A stretch of 64,000 bases of DNA, from the IMG/VR virus record IMGVR_UViG_3300037560_000199, one strand, 5' to 3'. The stretch comes from an uncultured virus (IMG/VR IMGVR_UViG_3300037560_000199). Lineage: Duplodnaviria > Heunggongvirae > Uroviricota > Caudoviricetes. The notes under the pieces were generated by a model. It saw nothing but the letters and a program-made list of their open reading frames with translations. It did not search any database and was not told the origin of the DNA. Both the position numbers and the translations under genes were made by a program. Each line of letters starts with the position of its first letter. The stretch's first letter is position 1. This document shows positions 44,810 through 54,248 of the stretch, piece by piece.

Positions 44810-47800
44810 ATGGCTAACGTACAAATCTCAGATCTGCCCTTCGCCATCACACCTCTGATAGGTGCGACTACGTTCTTCGAGGTGGAAGCTACAGAGGGTG
44901 GAGTGGTTGTCAGTCGAAGAGTCGCTGCAGACGATCTCGTCGTCAGTGCGACCACTCTCTTTATCAATGGCACCAGTACGGATGACCCATCAATTGGTGG
45001 GGGAGTATTCGATGGACAGCTTCTCTGGCGCAATGTCAATTTGCAGCAAACGGGTGTCTTTGGTTTCGACCCTGCAGGCGATAACTTCATCTGGTCGAAC
45101 GATGCGGAAGGTGGCTTCCACCAGATTGCGATCCGAGATGGAACGGTGTTGGTTGAGACGATTGCTGCAGCTGCAGGTGGACTGCTTGCTAACAACCTGC
45201 TCACGGGTGCAGGGCTCGAACGTGTTCTGACGGCTTCGGACTTCTTCGCAGGTCCGGTGGGAACGAGCGTCGATGATCCAACAGCACCGGGTTCCTTCAA
45301 TGCGCAACTTCAGTGGCAGAACGCACTTGCTGATCCGCTAGCCAATCTCGGATTCAATGCGGATGCTGTCTTCGCTATCGACAGTGTCATACATGGTGGA
45401 GTTGTCAGGATACGCGGCGAAGATCTTTTAGGTGTTCTGAACACCCTGTTTGAAGGCGATCCCGGTAATGGTGTGCTGCTCTTCTGGGATGGTGCTCTCA
45501 GATTCTTCACGTCGTTCACAGGCATCAATGTTCAAGGAGATGGTGTAGGTAACCCCGCAACGGGTGCTGCTCAGGATGTCGATCTTACCTTGAGCAACTC
45601 ATTAGGTGCGTTTGCAGCTCAGTTGGGCTTCCCTACCAGCACCACTGATCTCCGACTTAAAAATTTCGTTCACGGAGGTACAGTTGAACTCATTGGTGAA
45701 GATGCAGGTGGTGTCGAGCGCAATATTTTCGTAGCTGATCCCGATGGTATTGCGCAGATTTTCAACGTGGGTGTTGCAACGCTACGCACGACCACTGCTG
45801 CAGCAGGTGGTGCAGAAGCCAATAACACGTTAACCGGGGCGGGCTTCGAGCGTGTGCTCACAGCGTCGGATGCTTTCACTGGAATCATTACAGGCTCCAG
45901 CACTGATAGCCCTGAAACCCCCGGTGGAACGTGGGACGGTCTTCTACGATTCGAGAACGCTAACAATTTACAAACGGCGCGAGTTGGTTTCGAGCCAGCA
46001 GGCGATACGTTTTTTGTTCAGCCTACGGTAGAAGGTGGACGTCTGATCTTAGGGGGTAGAAGCCCTGGAGCACCGGGTGTTCTTCGTGAAGCTATCGTCA
46101 TTGACTTCGACACTGGTGCACTGCCTGCCGGTTCAACGCGCTTCTTCGAGGCGAATGGTACTGCTGAGAAGATGCGGTTGGACACCGGGGTTGACGCTGT
46201 AACGGAGGTTGCCAATGTTGGGAACAATCCGGCAAGTGGACTCGCACAACATGGTCAGTTCCGGGTAACGAACAACTCTGCTCAAGTTGCAGGTGAATTC
46301 GGATTCCCTGCGACGGGGGGTCTTTCGACTACCATGCGGGTGAAGAACTTCGTGCATGGTGGTCCTGTCGAACTCGTTGGTGAGAATGCTGCAGGCACCG
46401 AGCGTATTCTCTTCTTCTACGATCCTGACAATTCGGGTCCGATCATCTTTGGACCGCTCGACAACAACCCTGCGACAGATGCCTCGATCCAAGATACACG
46501 GCTGACATTCAGGAACCCGTCTGCGCAAACCATCTGGCAGATAGGATTCCTCGAAGGCACCAATGATTTCTCTCTTAAGCTCTTCCAAGACACTGGAACT
46601 CTGCGGCTTCGAGGAAGTAGTGCAGCTAGTGGCGATATTCTCCTGGCTATCTTTGATCCTGTTGCTGATGCAAAACTCTTCCAGGCTGGAGCGGAGGTCT
46701 TTCGTACGCTAGCTGCAGCATCAGGTGGAGCACAGGCAAACAACACGTTAACGGGTGCAGGATTCGAGCGAGTACTCACGACTGGCGACCTGACATCGGT
46801 AGCAACTAGTGGTGTATCTCCGTTCGACATCGCTTCAGGTGCTGCTGCTGATCCGACGCTTACGCTCACCGAGAACGTCACGCTCTCGACTACGTTCTTG
46901 CATGACGTCAGCACCGACATCACGCTCATCCGAAACGAAGTTAACTCCGGGCATCTTGAACTTCGTGCCAGAAGTAGTGCTGGCGTTGATCGACGGTTGC
47001 TTACGGGGGACCCGGATAACCAAACGATTCTGTATTGGCAGGATAACCTTCGCGTTCGGACTGCGCAGTTCGGCACTGAGTTCATCGGGAGTTCAGCGAC
47101 TGGAAGCACACTGCGTTTCTTTGGAAGCAATGGAACTACGTTGGTTGGGTTGATGACCATCGGTGGAGGTGGTGTCAATGAGATTCAACTAATCCCCAAT
47201 GCTACTAATGACGGTCAAGCCTTCCGTTTTCTTCTTTCTGATGCTGGTGGCGTTGCACGCGAGATGCTTCGGATGGACCCCGATAATAGCGTTGATCTTA
47301 GTTTCGCTGGGGTTGTGACCGCAGAAACAGTGGCGGAAGGCTTTGGTGCTCGATCAGCAGCGGCTGATCCAGTTTTTCAGTTGATTGAAAACATTAGTCT
47401 TCGTGGAACGTGGCGGCATGTTATAGCGACCGGAGTCTCCGAACTGAGAAACCGAGAGATTTCAGGACATGTACAGATTCGTGCCACTGATCTTTTGTCT
47501 GCTGATGTCCCGCTGATTACTGGGGACCCTGATGGTCCTGTTGAGCTGTATCACGATGCTTTGCTTCGTGCGTATACCAATTCAGTCGGTCTGACCTTAC
47601 GCGGAGACGGTGCGGACTCTGGCAACTTCACGATGGAAGATACGGGTGTCGCTACGATCTTCCACATTGATGTGACCGCTGGGATCACTCAGATTCGTAG
47701 CTTCATCAACGCTAATGTGATCAATATCGTAGGCGACGATACCGGAGCCGTCACTCGAAACCTGATCACGATGGACCCCGATGGTGCCAACAGCATCGAG

Positions 47801-48055
47801 TTATATGAAGTAGGTGTCTCAGTTGCGCGTACAGCTACGGCAGCACTCGGTGGTCTCTTTGCCAACAACACTTTAACGGGTGCTGGGTTCGAGCGAGTGC
47901 TGACCACAGCAGATCGTCGGAGCGCAGAGATCTATACACCGACTAACGTCTCAACGGATCGTGCCTACGATGCTAATGCAACGACGTTGGATGAACTTGC
48001 CGATGTACTCGGCACGTTGATTGCCGATCTACAAGCAATTGATGTGATTCAATAA
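44810..48055 (+). CDS. Long tail fibre with internal repeats
   Basis: MANVQISDLP N-terminus; 4 x ANN.LTGAG.ERVLT; repeated DPD units; C-terminal helix. Confidence 0.8.
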   Translation: MANVQISDLPFAITPLIGATTFFEVEATEGGVVVSRRVAADDLVVSATTLFINGTSTDDPSIGGGVFDGQLLWRNVNLQQTGVFGFDPAGDNFIWSNDAEGGFHQIAIRDGTVLVETIAAAAGGLLANNLLTGAGLERVLTASDFFAGPVGTSVDDPTAPGSFNAQLQWQNALADPLANLGFNADAVFAIDSVIHGGVVRIRGEDLLGVLNTLFEGDPGNGVLLFWDGALRFFTSFTGINVQGDGVGNPATGAAQDVDLTLSNSLGAFAAQLGFPTSTTDLRLKNFVHGGTVELIGEDAGGVERNIFVADPDGIAQIFNVGVATLRTTTAAAGGAEANNTLTGAGFERVLTASDAFTGIITGSSTDSPETPGGTWDGLLRFENANNLQTARVGFEPAGDTFFVQPTVEGGRLILGGRSPGAPGVLREAIVIDFDTGALPAGSTRFFEANGTAEKMRLDTGVDAVTEVANVGNNPASGLAQHGQFRVTNNSAQVAGEFGFPATGGLSTTMRVKNFVHGGPVELVGENAAGTERILFFYDPDNSGPIIFGPLDNNPATDASIQDTRLTFRNPSAQTIWQIGFLEGTNDFSLKLFQDTGTLRLRGSSAASGDILLAIFDPVADAKLFQAGAEVFRTLAAASGGAQANNTLTGAGFERVLTTGDLTSVATSGVSPFDIASGAAADPTLTLTENVTLSTTFLHDVSTDITLIRNEVNSGHLELRARSSAGVDRRLLTGDPDNQTILYWQDNLRVRTAQFGTEFIGSSATGSTLRFFGSNGTTLVGLMTIGGGGVNEIQLIPNATNDGQAFRFLLSDAGGVAREMLRMDPDNSVDLSFAGVVTAETVAEGFGARSAAADPVFQLIENISLRGTWRHVIATGVSELRNREISGHVQIRATDLLSADVPLITGDPDGPVELYHDALLRAYTNSVGLTLRGDGADSGNFTMEDTGVATIFHIDVTAGITQIRSFINANVINIVGDDTGAVTRNLITMDPDGANSIELYEVGVSVARTATAALGGLFANNTLTGAGFERVLTTADRRSAEIYTPTNVSTDRAYDANATTLDELADVLGTLIADLQAIDVIQ

Positions 48056-48072
48056 CCAAAGGAGAACTAGAA

Positions 48073-48360
48073 ATGGCAAACATGAACGTGACACCACAAC
48101 AAGTCCAGATGGCAGCGTCTGCTGGAGTACAGCTGTTACAGGTAGATAATCTTGCTGTACCACTGGTCATCTCGAAGAGTGGCGCACTGGCGATGCTCGA
48201 AAACTTGCTGGGTGCGATTGCACGCGGCGAGTTGATTGTCTCACCGAATCCAGAACTGGCAGCGAAGCAAGAAACTGATCCACCACCGGATGGTGAGAAG
48301 GAACCTCAAGGGAAGGGACGAGGCAATCTCAAGCCGGTGAAGGACGACAAGGTTAACTGA
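48073..48360 (+). CDS. Hypothetical protein (possible fibre chaperone)
   Basis: AAGGAG RBS; position after fibre gene. Confidence 0.55.
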   Translation: MANMNVTPQQVQMAASAGVQLLQVDNLAVPLVISKSGALAMLENLLGAIARGELIVSPNPELAAKQETDPPPDGEKEPQGKGRGNLKPVKDDKVN

Positions 48361-48770
48361 TGCCTGCGTTCTCTACCAACTCCTTGAGGCAGTTAGACAC
48401 CTGCGATACGAGATTGCAGGCACTTTTCCACAAGGTCCTTGTGCATCGTGATTGCACCATCATCGAAGGCTTCCGTGATGAAGAACGACAGAATGAAATG
48501 CACCGACAGGGACGTTCACAACTCAAGTGGGGGGCTTCTCTTCACAATCACTCACCGTCCCGCGCTGTGGACGTGGGTCCGTACTACCCCGGTGAGGGAA
48601 TCCCTTGGGACAGTAGAGAGAGGTTCATCTTCTTTGCCGGATTCGTCTTTGCGGTGGCGGACGATTTGCAAATCCCAGTCCGGTGGGGTGGGGATTGGGA
48701 TAGCGATCTGACATTCACCGACCAAAGCTTTCACGATCTCCCTCACTGGGAGCTGGTGGAGGAGGACTAA
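48360..48770 (+). CDS. Endolysin, M15 L-Ala-D-Glu peptidase
   Basis: EGFR...Q...SLHN...AVD...RWGGDW...DLPHWEL. Confidence 0.9.
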   Translation: MPAFSTNSLRQLDTCDTRLQALFHKVLVHRDCTIIEGFRDEERQNEMHRQGRSQLKWGASLHNHSPSRAVDVGPYYPGEGIPWDSRERFIFFAGFVFAVADDLQIPVRWGGDWDSDLTFTDQSFHDLPHWELVEED

Positions 48771-48973
48771 TGAACGATCAAACGAATATACAAACGGTTG
48801 GGTTAGCTGCAGGAGCAACGGTCATCGTGATGTGGCTGCTGGGCTTCTTTGCGCCTGCCCTGATGTCAACGGCACCAGTTGGTCTCGAAGCTGCGATCAC
48901 AGGTGTCGTTGCAGTCATGGCAGGCTACGTCCTGCCGAAAGACAAATTCACGAAGGGGACTGGCAATGGCTAG
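48770..48973 (+). CDS. Holin (putative, 2 TM)
   Basis: Two hydrophobic helices, basic C-terminus, adjacent to endolysin. Confidence 0.65.
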   Translation: MNDQTNIQTVGLAAGATVIVMWLLGFFAPALMSTAPVGLEAAITGVVAVMAGYVLPKDKFTKGTGNG

Positions 48974-49343
48974 AGTACTTCACTACGCATTCCCACTCTG
49001 GCTCGTCATGGGATTTGCCCTCGTAGCGTGCGAGTCAATCAATCCCGCTGGCAAGGCAGAGACACTGGAGCAACGTGCGTATGCCGTCTACGGCATGTAC
49101 ACCCTCTTCGCGGAGAAGGCTGCGGATCTCGCAGAGAACGACGCACTGCCCCGTTCGGTTCGACTCGGTCTCGTGGAAGCTGAAGAGCGAGCGAGTCCTG
49201 TCGTCACTTCACTGCTCAATGCAGCGGAGGACATGCAAGCACTGAACAATTCAACCACTCGCACGAGTCTTGAAGCATGGATCGACCGGGCTCTCCCGCT
49301 CATCAATGATCTGGTTCGTAGCGTCAAAGGAGCACAGGAATGA
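48966..49343 (+). CDS. Lipoprotein (lysis accessory/spanin-like candidate)
   Basis: Signal peptide with lipobox LVAC. Confidence 0.6.
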   Translation: MARVLHYAFPLWLVMGFALVACESINPAGKAETLEQRAYAVYGMYTLFAEKAADLAENDALPRSVRLGLVEAEERASPVVTSLLNAAEDMQALNNSTTRTSLEAWIDRALPLINDLVRSVKGAQE

Positions 49344-49744
49344 GTCCAGTCGAATTAGTAATTGTTGCACTGCGCGGTATCTCCATGTTGCTTGGGGGAA
49401 TCAAAATTCGAGGAAGGGATGGGTCTGAACTCCTGGGTCTCCTCGCTTCCCTGATCGAAGAAGGTGCGGAGACCTTTGAAGACCTGAAAGCCTTCACTGC
49501 AACCATCGAGGCTATGGTGGCTGACAATCGAGATCCAACATCCGCTGAGTGGGATGACATGCGTTCGCGTGGTCAGGCTGCACATGATCGACTGCAAGCT
49601 GTGAAGGACGAACTCACAGCGGAGGAGGAGCCAGTTGAAGAAGAAGAAACCCCGGAAGCAGAGCCGGTTCCTGAGGCTGAACCAGAAGCGGAAGAAGAAG
49701 CCGACCCTGCACCTCCCGGCGAAGGCACGCCAGGACAACCCTGA
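49340..49744 (+). CDS. Protein with hydrophobic N-terminus and acidic PE-rich tail
   Basis: AAGGAG RBS; ATGA coupling. Confidence 0.55.
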   Translation: MSPVELVIVALRGISMLLGGIKIRGRDGSELLGLLASLIEEGAETFEDLKAFTATIEAMVADNRDPTSAEWDDMRSRGQAAHDRLQAVKDELTAEEEPVEEEETPEAEPVPEAEPEAEEEADPAPPGEGTPGQP

Positions 49745-49755
49745 GGACGTAACCG

Positions 49756-50400
49756 ATGGCAGAGACACTGACCTTTGACTCGTTGCAGGATGACCTGCGC
49801 AAGTACTTGGAGCGGGGCACGTCCGTCGATCCCACGGTGTTCTCTGAGCTTCCTCGTCTGATCAACCTCGCAGAGAGAAATCTTGCGAACTCGTTGAAGA
49901 TCCTGGGCTTCATAAACGTCGTGACGGATGTGATGACGATAGGTCAGTCGGTGATTCCCAAGCCTGATCGATGGAGGGACACGATCTCGATCAACTTCGG
50001 GGTAGGTGCAACGCAGATACGCACACCATTGTTTCCTCGTGTGTATGAGTACCTGCGTCGGTATTGGCCCGATGAGGATCTCACGGACCAGCCGAAGTTC
50101 TATGCTGACTACGACTACTTCAACTGGTTGATTGCACCCTCAGCGGATTTCGCTTATCCGTTCGAGGTCAATTATTGGGAGCTGCCTGCATTGTTGGATG
50201 GCGCAAACCAGACAAACTGGACAACAGACTTTGCCCCCAATGCTCTGTTGCATGCGTCACTTCTCCAGGCAACTCCTTTTTTGAACAACGATGAGCGCAT
50301 CCCTGTGTGGCAAGGTATCTATGACAGGGACGTGATGATCCTCGAACAGCAGGATGTGCGGCGCATCATCGACAGACAAGTCACGAGGGAGAGTGTCTGA
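49756..50400 (+). CDS. Head-to-tail adaptor (tail tubular protein A-like)
   Basis: L...L..YL.R...I.LAE...P.FYA...AP..D...NW....AP.ALL...L. Confidence 0.75.
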   Translation: MAETLTFDSLQDDLRKYLERGTSVDPTVFSELPRLINLAERNLANSLKILGFINVVTDVMTIGQSVIPKPDRWRDTISINFGVGATQIRTPLFPRVYEYLRRYWPDEDLTDQPKFYADYDYFNWLIAPSADFAYPFEVNYWELPALLDGANQTNWTTDFAPNALLHASLLQATPFLNNDERIPVWQGIYDRDVMILEQQDVRRIIDRQVTRESV

Positions 50401-52433
50401 TGGCATACGCAGAAGTTTTTGGTGGGCAGCTGATCTTCCCGTCGCAGACAAGTTACCTCGCGATCACGACTGCTGTAGACGTCACGTTGCAATGGCCCAT
50501 TGAGCAGCAGATTGCGGGTATCGATGTAGTCGCTGACTTCATGGATATCGACGCGACGGTGCCTGCGATCAACATCGACATGCCGGATGCACGGCAGTCA
50601 GGCACAGGTCAGAAAGTATTGTTCAACAACATTGGTGCCAACCTGTACACGGTGCGTGACGATGCAGGAGGCACGATCTCGACGGTCGCACCGGGTGAGC
50701 AGTTTGTGTTCACCCTCACGGACAATACGACAGCTGCAGGAACGTGGACTTTCTTTCAGATGGGCTCAGCGGTCTCTACTGCTACAGCGGGTGCGTTGAC
50801 TGGTGCAGGCATCAAAGCGATCTCCACCACGCTGAACCAGATGATCGAGTCCGATGTCGAGGCAGCGACTCCGTTCACAGTGGTCGATGCGGATCGAGCG
50901 AAGTGTTTGATCTACACCATCGGCACAGGTACGTGCAACCTGCCCTCTCCAGCTGCAGTCGGTGACGACTGGTTCTTCATGCTGAGAAACTCTGGAACGG
51001 GCACACTCAACATCGTGCCTCCTTCTGGAGTGATCGATGATTCTGCGAGTATCAACCTCGATCCCAACGACTCGTGTTTCATCTTCACGGACGGCACCGA
51101 CTTCTTCACTGTTGGATTGAGCACAGGCTCTGTCATCGCGTTCGACTTCGTCTCGATTGCGATCCCAGGCTCAGGAGACTTCACACTCTCTGGTGCAAAC
51201 CTCAACCGGATCTCGTATCGATTCACTGGGCTGCTTACTGGCGACCGCAAGATCGTCGTCCCTGGCACTACGCAGCAATACTGGGTGGACAACCAAACGA
51301 CAGGTGCTTTCGCACTGACGGTTGGTACATCTGCACAAGTGGGTGAACCAGAGATTACTCAAGGACTCGCTGAGATCTTCTACTGCGATGGTGTCGATGT
51401 AGTCAATGCGGTGTCGGCAGTCGCGGTCTCGGTGCCTGTCACCATCGCTCAAGGTGGTACGAGTGCGACGACTGTAGGTGGGGCTCAGACATCCCTGCAA
51501 GTGCCACCGACATCACGGGATATGATCGCAGGTGTGGCGATGAGCGGGGGAGGCGATCTGTCAGCGGATCGTACCTTTGATTACGCTGGTGGGCTCGATG
51601 ATCAGTCTGATGTCACACTCACTGCGCCAGTAACAGGTGGTGTCCTTTTCAAGAGCGCAGCGGATTGGCTCGACACCGATGCGATCTTTATTGATCCAGC
51701 AGCTGAGGTTTCACTCAAATTTGCTGGGGCGCAGGTTGTTGAAACCATTGCGTTGGGCTTGTCCGTCGATATTCAGGCTGACCAAGTCAACCTCATACGA
51801 GTTCTCAACTCCATCGGTGGTGTTCGGTTGTTGATTACGAACAGCACGGGTCTAGCGCAGATCACTCAGACGGATAACTTGGGCGCAGCTCAGGACGCTT
51901 GGATTCAGATGGCACGAGGTGGCTCAGTCACCTTGATTGATGCTGGGCTGAACGCACTGCGTACAACGACACCGGGTGCTGGTGGAGTCACTGCAAACAA
52001 TACGCTCACTGGTGGTGGCTTCGAGCGTGTTCTGACCACGAGCGATCTCGTCACAGGAATCACAGGTACATTCACGTCGCCTCTTACTGCTCTTAGTGGC
52101 AATACCAATTCGGTGATCACCCAAGCTCACCTTCTCGGTGGTTTGCCTGACATCGTGCAACTCATCATGGAATGCACTACAGGCGAACACGGCTATTCCG
52201 TTGGTGATCAGGTGGTGCTGAACCCAACAGAAAATGCGTTAGACGAAGGAGCAGGAGTATCTCAGTGCTACAACATGGTCGCTTACGACGGGACTAACAT
52301 CTATTCGACAGTGGGTTTCGAGGCTGGAGGTGGGGCACTAGGAACCCAAGTACCTGACCGATCAAGCCCAGGAGTACCCGCGTTAGCCACACCTACGAGT
52401 TGGAGCTTCTTGGTTAAGGCGATTAGATTCTGA
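50400..52433 (+). CDS. Tail fibre/tail protein
   Basis: P.TIAQGGT.AT, SGGGDLSADRT fibre motifs; shares ANNTLTG.GFERVLTT repeat. Confidence 0.7.
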   Translation: MAYAEVFGGQLIFPSQTSYLAITTAVDVTLQWPIEQQIAGIDVVADFMDIDATVPAINIDMPDARQSGTGQKVLFNNIGANLYTVRDDAGGTISTVAPGEQFVFTLTDNTTAAGTWTFFQMGSAVSTATAGALTGAGIKAISTTLNQMIESDVEAATPFTVVDADRAKCLIYTIGTGTCNLPSPAAVGDDWFFMLRNSGTGTLNIVPPSGVIDDSASINLDPNDSCFIFTDGTDFFTVGLSTGSVIAFDFVSIAIPGSGDFTLSGANLNRISYRFTGLLTGDRKIVVPGTTQQYWVDNQTTGAFALTVGTSAQVGEPEITQGLAEIFYCDGVDVVNAVSAVAVSVPVTIAQGGTSATTVGGAQTSLQVPPTSRDMIAGVAMSGGGDLSADRTFDYAGGLDDQSDVTLTAPVTGGVLFKSAADWLDTDAIFIDPAAEVSLKFAGAQVVETIALGLSVDIQADQVNLIRVLNSIGGVRLLITNSTGLAQITQTDNLGAAQDAWIQMARGGSVTLIDAGLNALRTTTPGAGGVTANNTLTGGGFERVLTTSDLVTGITGTFTSPLTALSGNTNSVITQAHLLGGLPDIVQLIMECTTGEHGYSVGDQVVLNPTENALDEGAGVSQCYNMVAYDGTNIYSTVGFEAGGGALGTQVPDRSSPGVPALATPTSWSFLVKAIRF

Positions 52434-54007
52434 TGGCTGAAGCACCTGTCCTACTCACATCGCAACCGGGCATTAAGCGCGATGGCACGAAGTTCGAGGG
52501 CGACTTCTACGTCGATGGACGTTGGTGTCGCTTTCAGCGTGGCAAGCCGAGAAAGATGGGTGGCTACATGGAAGTCACCGACACGGTGCCGGAAGTTGCA
52601 CGAGGCATGGACTCCTTCTCGTCCAATGGTGTGCAGTACATCCACATCGGACATCCTCTCAGCGTAGGTCAGTACCAAGTTGCTGACGGCACGCTCAATC
52701 TATTCACTGCTCGCACGCCTGCTGCGCTCGTGACGGATGTTAACAACCTGTGGCAGTTCGCTGTGTTTGCGGACACTGCTGCCAGTGCAACGGGCAATCA
52801 CTTGCTCATTGCACATGCTGCACCCAATTTAGCGAACATCGACAACTCCGTGGGGGGCAACATCTACATCGGCACCGTCACTGATACAGCCTTACTGAAT
52901 GAGGTGGGGTTGAATACCGATCCTCTTGTTGGATGGAACACCGGGACGTTTGGACCCGTCAGCGGTGGTATCGTTGTCACGGGTCAGTGGCTGTTCACTT
53001 TCGGTAGTAGTGGGCTTATTAAGCAATCCCAGATCAATAATCTGTCCGACGTGCCGGTCGAGTTCAACCTGGGCACGCAGAAGATCGTCAGAGGTATTGC
53101 ACTGCGTGGGCAAGGTCTTGGTGCAGCCGTGATCATGTGGTCGCTCGACTCGATCATTCGAGGTACAGCGACGGGCACGGCTGCTGAACCCTTCTTCCAG
53201 TTCGACATCCTCTCGACGGACACTTCAATCCTGTCCTCACAGGGAGTGGTCGAGTACGACGGCATTTACTATTGGCCTGGAGTTGACCGCTTCCTGCTGT
53301 TCAATGGTGTCGTGCGTGAGATGCAGAACAACATGAACCTCAACTTCTTCTTCGACAACATGAACTTCGCTGCGAGGCAGAAGGTGTTCGGATTCAAGGT
53401 GCCACGCTTCGGTGAGATCTGGTGGTGCTTCCCGAAAGGTTCAGCGACTGAGTGCAACCACGCTGTGATCTTCAACGTGCGAGAGGGAACGTGGTATGAC
53501 ACACCCCTGCCCGACTCTGACGACGTTGATCAGGGACGCACGGCAGGTATCTTTGCGAAGACATACCAGAAGCCCTTCATGGTGGACAACGAAGTCACGG
53601 CGAGAGGTCGCACGCTGTGGCAACACGAGGTCGCTGTGGACAAGGTCCGTGGCGTTGACATCGCTGCCATACCCTCCTTCTTCGAGACGCATGAGCTGAA
53701 CCTATTGGAAGCAGGGCAAGCGATGAAGGAGATTCGAGTCGCACGCATTGAGCCTGACTTCGTACAGTCAGGTCCCATGACGTTGACCGTGCGTGGACGG
53801 CAGAATGCGAAGGCACCGCAGACTGAGGTTACTCCTGCGTCCACCTTCGTTGAGACACCTACGGAAGGCACGGACGAGACCATCAAGCTGAAGGACGTCA
53901 AACGCTTGATGAGTTTCAAGTTCGAGTCGAACGTGGGTGGAGGTGACTACGAGTACGGCGACACCTACGCGCACATCGAACCAGCAGATGGGAGGGTCGA
54001 GTCGTGA
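52433..54007 (+). CDS. Tail nozzle/stabilisation protein (tubular protein B-like)
   Basis: PGI.RDGT...W.RF..G.P.K.GG, FGEIWW.FP, W.HE, R.EPDF. Confidence 0.75.
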   Translation: MAEAPVLLTSQPGIKRDGTKFEGDFYVDGRWCRFQRGKPRKMGGYMEVTDTVPEVARGMDSFSSNGVQYIHIGHPLSVGQYQVADGTLNLFTARTPAALVTDVNNLWQFAVFADTAASATGNHLLIAHAAPNLANIDNSVGGNIYIGTVTDTALLNEVGLNTDPLVGWNTGTFGPVSGGIVVTGQWLFTFGSSGLIKQSQINNLSDVPVEFNLGTQKIVRGIALRGQGLGAAVIMWSLDSIIRGTATGTAAEPFFQFDILSTDTSILSSQGVVEYDGIYYWPGVDRFLLFNGVVREMQNNMNLNFFFDNMNFAARQKVFGFKVPRFGEIWWCFPKGSATECNHAVIFNVREGTWYDTPLPDSDDVDQGRTAGIFAKTYQKPFMVDNEVTARGRTLWQHEVAVDKVRGVDIAAIPSFFETHELNLLEAGQAMKEIRVARIEPDFVQSGPMTLTVRGRQNAKAPQTEVTPASTFVETPTEGTDETIKLKDVKRLMSFKFESNVGGGDYEYGDTYAHIEPADGRVES

Positions 54008-54246
54008 GTCACATCGATCCTCGTGGCTTTGGTGATGACGTGGTTGCGTGGGCAGATCGCATGGTGCTGTTGATCGAGCGTGAGGTCGATAACATGCCGC
54101 GCCTTGAAGACCCAGAGAAGTGGCGCGAATGGGCGGAAGCGTTGTGGGGAACACCCGATACAGCGGGACAAGATGCACCTCGACCAGATGCATTCGACAC
54201 ATGGCAAGAATGGGCTGAACGTCTGTTCCTAACACAGGAATTCTAA
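54004..54246 (+). CDS. Trp-rich small tail-module protein
   Basis: DPR...WA...W.EWA...F.TWQEWA. Confidence 0.65.
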   Translation: MSHIDPRGFGDDVVAWADRMVLLIEREVDNMPRLEDPEKWREWAEALWGTPDTAGQDAPRPDAFDTWQEWAERLFLTQEF

Positions 54247-54248
54247 CG

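Noticed and set aside
44810..52433. Diversity-generating retroelement or invertible fibre cassette
   Set aside because: No reverse transcriptase or invertase in the window; repeats are direct and differ at synonymous sites, not specifically at adenines
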